From positions 131,407 to 195,406 of the forward strand of contig CP011212.1 of NCBI GenBank assembly GCA_001029715.1: a stretch of DNA of 64,000 bases, in the 5' to 3' direction. Made by a program: the position numbers and the translations under genes. Origin of the DNA: a candidate division TM6 bacterium GW2011_GWF2_28_16. GTDB lineage: Bacteria; Patescibacteriota; Microgenomatia; UBA1400; PJMF01. The notes under the pieces are model-generated. The model saw nothing but the letters and a program-made list of their open reading frames with translations, was not told where the DNA came from and searched no databases. This document shows, one piece after another, positions 60,437-64,000 of the stretch (position 1 is the stretch's first letter; each line of letters opens with the position of its first letter).

Positions 60437-62734
60437 ATGTCTTATCCAAAGTATGGAAATACTTATAAGAAAGATATTCTCGTGGGTGATAAAGTTATCC
60501 ATCTGGAAATCGGTAAATTTAGTGAACAGGTCAGCGCCGCTGTCCTCGCCACTTGCGGTGAAACTATCGTTCACACCACCGTCGCTTTAGGCAGAAAAGT
60601 CAATCTTGGCTATTTTCCACTCTCAGTGGAATTTGTTGAGAAGCTTTATGCTGGCGGTATTATTAAAGGTTCTCGTTGGGTCAAGCGCGATGGTCGTCCA
60701 ACCGATGATTCCATCTTGCGTGCTCGTGTGATTGATCGCACCATGCGTCCACTTTTCCCAGAGGGAATTACCAACGAAGTGCAAGCAATCAGTACAGTTT
60801 TATCTTATGACGGTGAAAATGAGCCAGATATGATGGGACTTTTGAACACTGCTATTGCTTTGCAAATTTCAGATATTCCTTTTGACGGTCCTGTTTCAGG
60901 TATGCGCTTAAGTTTAGATGAAAAAGGTGAATTTATTATTAATCCACTTCGTAGTCAAATTGAAGGCAATGATTTAGATTTGATTGTTTCTGCTTCTGCC
61001 AATTCAATCGTCATGGTTGAGGCTGGGGCTAATGAAGTTGCTGAAGACGTGATGGTCGAAGCTTTGCTTCGTGCTCAAGATGAATCTAAAAAAGTTTGTC
61101 AGCAAATCGAAGCGATCGCTACTGAAGTTGGCAAAGAAAAAGTCAATTTACTTGATGCTGAAGATCCAGATAAAGTAGCTGCTAAGCAAGCTATTGTTGA
61201 TCGTTTAGCTAGTACTTACAAAAAAGAAGTTAACGAGATGACCAATAAAGAGGGTCGTTTAGAGAAAACTGGTTTGGATGAGTTGATCGCTAAAATTCTT
61301 GAAGAAGACAAAGCTAAACTCAAAGAAGGCGAAGAAAGTGAATTGAGCGAAGGAATGCTTAAAGGTATTTTCCATGACCTAATGAAAGCTGAGGCTCGTC
61401 GTATGATTTTGGAAGATGGCATTCGTCCAGATGGTCGCACCACTACTGAAATCCGTCCAATCTGGTGTGAAGTTGATTTATTACCTAGAGTTCATGGGAG
61501 TGCTATGTTCAAACGTGGCGCCACTCAAGCTCTCACAGTTGTTACCCTTGGCGATCCTTCTCTTGGACAATTGGTTGAAGACATGGCTGGTGAAAAAACC
61601 AATCATTATTTCCACCACTACAATATGCCTCCTTATGCTTCAGGTGAAGCTGGACGTATTGGATATCCAAAGAGACGTGAAATTGGCCATGGTGCACTTG
61701 CACAGCGCGCTATTGAACCAATGCTCCCAAGTCAAGAAGATTTCCCTTACACCATTCATGTGGTCAGTGAGATTATGAGTTCAAATGGCTCAACTTCTCA
61801 GGCTTCAGTTTGTGGTTCTACTTTATCTTTAATGGCTGCCGGCGTTCCACTTAAGAAACCAGTCTCTGGTATTGCTATGGGATTAATGTCCGATGGCGAG
61901 AAATTTGTGGTTCTCTCTGACATTCAAGGTTTGGAAGATCACGTGGGTGATATGGACTTTAAAGTAGCTGGTACCAAAGAAGGTATTACTGCTATTCAAA
62001 TGGACATCAAGCTTAAAGGTATTCCAAAAGAAGTTTTGGTCAAAGCTCTTGGTCAAGCTCGTGAAGGTCGTATGCATATTATGGGCGAAATGCTCAAATG
62101 CATTGCAGAGCCAAGAACTTCTTTAAGTGTCTATGCTCCAAAAGTAGCTCAAATCACTATTCCAGCTGAAAAGATTGGAGGAGTGATTGGCTCAGGTGGC
62201 AGCGTGATTAAAGATATCATTGAAAAATCTGGCGCAGAAGTCAACGTTGAAGAAGATAAAGAGAACAAAACCGGTATCATTAACGTTTCTTCTCCAGATC
62301 AAGCTTCTATTGATAAAGCTATTAAAATGATTGAAGACATTGTCAGAGAAATTAATATTGGCGATGAATTCGATGGCACCGTCACTCGTGTTGAAGGTTA
62401 CGGAATGTTTGTCGAATATTTACCAGGTCGTGAAGGCTTGGTTCATGTTTCCAATATGTCTGGCGAATACGTCAAAGATGCTAATGATCTTTACAAAGTT
62501 GGCGACAGTGTTCACGTTCGTGTTAAAGAATACAATCCAGAAGGCAAAGTAGCTTTAACTATGTTAACTGCAGATCAGGAAGCAGAGCAAAAAGAAAGAG
62601 CTGCTGCTCGTGGTGATCGCGAAGATAACGGTCGCAGCAATGGTGGCTACAACGGCGGACGTCGTTTCGATAACAATCGTGGTGGAAGTCGTGGTAATGA
62701 TCGCGGCGGAGATCGCGGTGGTAGAAGATATTAA
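60437..62734 (+). CDS. pnp: Polyribonucleotide nucleotidyltransferase
   Basis: RPDGR, RREIGHG, SNGSTSQASVC, GDMDFKVAGT, KH and S1 domains, RGG tail. Confidence 0.98.
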   Translation: MSYPKYGNTYKKDILVGDKVIHLEIGKFSEQVSAAVLATCGETIVHTTVALGRKVNLGYFPLSVEFVEKLYAGGIIKGSRWVKRDGRPTDDSILRARVIDRTMRPLFPEGITNEVQAISTVLSYDGENEPDMMGLLNTAIALQISDIPFDGPVSGMRLSLDEKGEFIINPLRSQIEGNDLDLIVSASANSIVMVEAGANEVAEDVMVEALLRAQDESKKVCQQIEAIATEVGKEKVNLLDAEDPDKVAAKQAIVDRLASTYKKEVNEMTNKEGRLEKTGLDELIAKILEEDKAKLKEGEESELSEGMLKGIFHDLMKAEARRMILEDGIRPDGRTTTEIRPIWCEVDLLPRVHGSAMFKRGATQALTVVTLGDPSLGQLVEDMAGEKTNHYFHHYNMPPYASGEAGRIGYPKRREIGHGALAQRAIEPMLPSQEDFPYTIHVVSEIMSSNGSTSQASVCGSTLSLMAAGVPLKKPVSGIAMGLMSDGEKFVVLSDIQGLEDHVGDMDFKVAGTKEGITAIQMDIKLKGIPKEVLVKALGQAREGRMHIMGEMLKCIAEPRTSLSVYAPKVAQITIPAEKIGGVIGSGGSVIKDIIEKSGAEVNVEEDKENKTGIINVSSPDQASIDKAIKMIEDIVREINIGDEFDGTVTRVEGYGMFVEYLPGREGLVHVSNMSGEYVKDANDLYKVGDSVHVRVKEYNPEGKVALTMLTADQEAEQKERAAARGDREDNGRSNGGYNGGRRFDNNRGGSRGNDRGGDRGGRRY

Positions 62735-62755
62735 AATCTTTTAAATCTAAAAGTG

Positions 62756-62785
62756 AAAAGCTCCAGCTAAAACTGGAGCTTTTTT
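62756..62785 (+). terminator. Intrinsic terminator after pnp
   Basis: AAAAGCTCCAG-CTAAAA-CTGGAGCTTTTTT. Confidence 0.85.
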
Positions 62786-62824
62786 GTTTTCCATAGTTTC
62801 CGCTATACTAATGATAATAATTAT

Positions 62825-63703
62825 ATGAACACTGCTAATTTACAAAGCACAGCCGGATTTTTTGCCATTCTTGAATTGGATAATAATCGTGATTTAGCAC
62901 AGAGTTTAGGTTTGGATTTATCTTTATCTGACAATGTGGAATTGCTTGATCAGATTAACCAGCAACTTTTATTTTTGAGCAAAGAAGTCACTGGGGTGAT
63001 TTTTGATCCAATTTATACTTTCAAACTTTTGGCGCAAAAAGCTAGTACGACGGGCGCTCTAATTCGCTTGGAACAAGATAAAGAAAATATGCCGAATAGC
63101 ATGCCACTACTTTTCCCCAACTTTAGTCTAGAGGAAATTAGCAATAATTATGCTTTGGCTAAATTAGAATTAAACTATCATCCACAAGAAAGCAAAGCGA
63201 TTGAAAAGAAACAGCTCTTGTCTGAAATCAGAGAATATTCCAAAGTTCTTAAAATTGATTTTTTACTAAAATTAAAAATTTATGATCCTAATCAATTTGC
63301 AACAAAAGAAGAACAAGTTGGAAGCAAGATTGCTTTCAACTTAGAGAATGATCAGCTAAGCGCCATCCAAGAATTGAGATCCCTAGCGGACATTCTAGTC
63401 ATTCAAAATCCCTCCGATCCTTTAGCAATGGCAACTATTATCAGTGAGTTAGATATACCCTGTTTAGTGATGGCAGATGAGCAAGACACTTACGAGCAAT
63501 TCAAAGAAAAATTCCGCATGGCGATGGAAAATGGAGCCAAAGGTTATTGTATAGGTCAAATCTTATGGAAAGAGTTATCCGCATATCGCAGCGACAATCA
63601 AAGTCTAGATCTAGAAGGTCTTCAAAAATATTTAAATACCACCGTTAGAGATCGTTTGATAGAGCTCAATCGCATTGCTTCAGAAAGCCTAGCGACAAGA
63701 TAA
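62825..63703 (+). CDS. Class I aldolase-fold protein (tagatose-bisphosphate aldolase LacD-like), probably degenerate
   Basis: F.IL.LD, GVIFDPIY, AKLELNYHP, AMENGAKGYCIGQILWKE. Confidence 0.6.
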   Translation: MNTANLQSTAGFFAILELDNNRDLAQSLGLDLSLSDNVELLDQINQQLLFLSKEVTGVIFDPIYTFKLLAQKASTTGALIRLEQDKENMPNSMPLLFPNFSLEEISNNYALAKLELNYHPQESKAIEKKQLLSEIREYSKVLKIDFLLKLKIYDPNQFATKEEQVGSKIAFNLENDQLSAIQELRSLADILVIQNPSDPLAMATIISELDIPCLVMADEQDTYEQFKEKFRMAMENGAKGYCIGQILWKELSAYRSDNQSLDLEGLQKYLNTTVRDRLIELNRIASESLATR

Positions 63704-63742
63704 GACTTTATAAGCCACAGAAAATATGATAGTCTCGCAACT

Positions 63743-64000
63743 ATGAAAATCAAAAAAGCAATTATTGCCTGTGCTGGGTTTGGCACTCGTTTCTTGCCAA
63801 TTACCAAAACTATCCAAAAAGAAATGCTACCAGTTTTAGAACGACCTCTTATTGATTATGTTGTTGAGGATTGTGTTAAAGCAGGTATTGAGGAAATAAT
63901 TTTTGTTATTAGTGAGCATAATTATCAAATTTTGCATTTTTATCGTGAGAACAAGCGACTTCATGAATATCTGGAAAAAAATAAAAAATTAGATTTATAC
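63743..64000 (+). CDS. galU: UTP-glucose-1-phosphate uridylyltransferase, partial (runs off window end)
   Basis: Manual translation MKIKKAIIACAGFGTRFLPITKTIQKEMLPVLERPLIDYVVEDCVKAGIEEIIFV. Confidence 0.88.
   Translation, partial: MKIKKAIIACAGFGTRFLPITKTIQKEMLPVLERPLIDYVVEDCVKAGIEEIIFVISEHNYQILHFYRENKRLHEYLEKNKKLDLY

Overview
AT-rich chromosomal segment of a reduced-genome bacterium, most consistent with Patescibacteria/CPR (Microgenomates-like). This is inferred from an N-terminally truncated IF2, a short HrcA, a minimal ATP synthase delta, DUF5657/DUF5667-like small proteins and a tRNA-Ala-23S-5S unit with no 16S. It is mostly housekeeping: rRNA/tRNAs, lepA-rpsT, murJ-pilN/O, two class A PBPs, nrdR plus a class II ribonucleotide reductase, cmk, smpB, tsaC-tsaE fusion and tsaD, groES/EL, a Xer-type recombinase, ddl, ftsH, atpBEFHAGDC, hrcA-grpE-dnaK-dnaJ, nusA-infB-rpsO-pnp and galU. 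No CRISPR array, transposase or prophage was seen. The most unusual signals are: (1) a GroES whose roof hairpin is replaced by a 10-Cys metallothionein-like insert; (2) two homologous multi-stem structured elements after groEL and the xer gene, plus a third element closed by a perfect 23-bp inverted repeat after ddl; (3) a tandem-duplicated ATP synthase delta with an exact 84-bp repeat; (4) three 50-aa basic AT-hook-like repeats on a PBP cytoplasmic tail; (5) a HEPN-RNase / degenerate kinase / degenerate Abi-protease gene cluster; (6) archaeal-like residues in the 23S peptidyl-transferase region. All calls come from reading the sequence and recalled family motifs; no searches were run.
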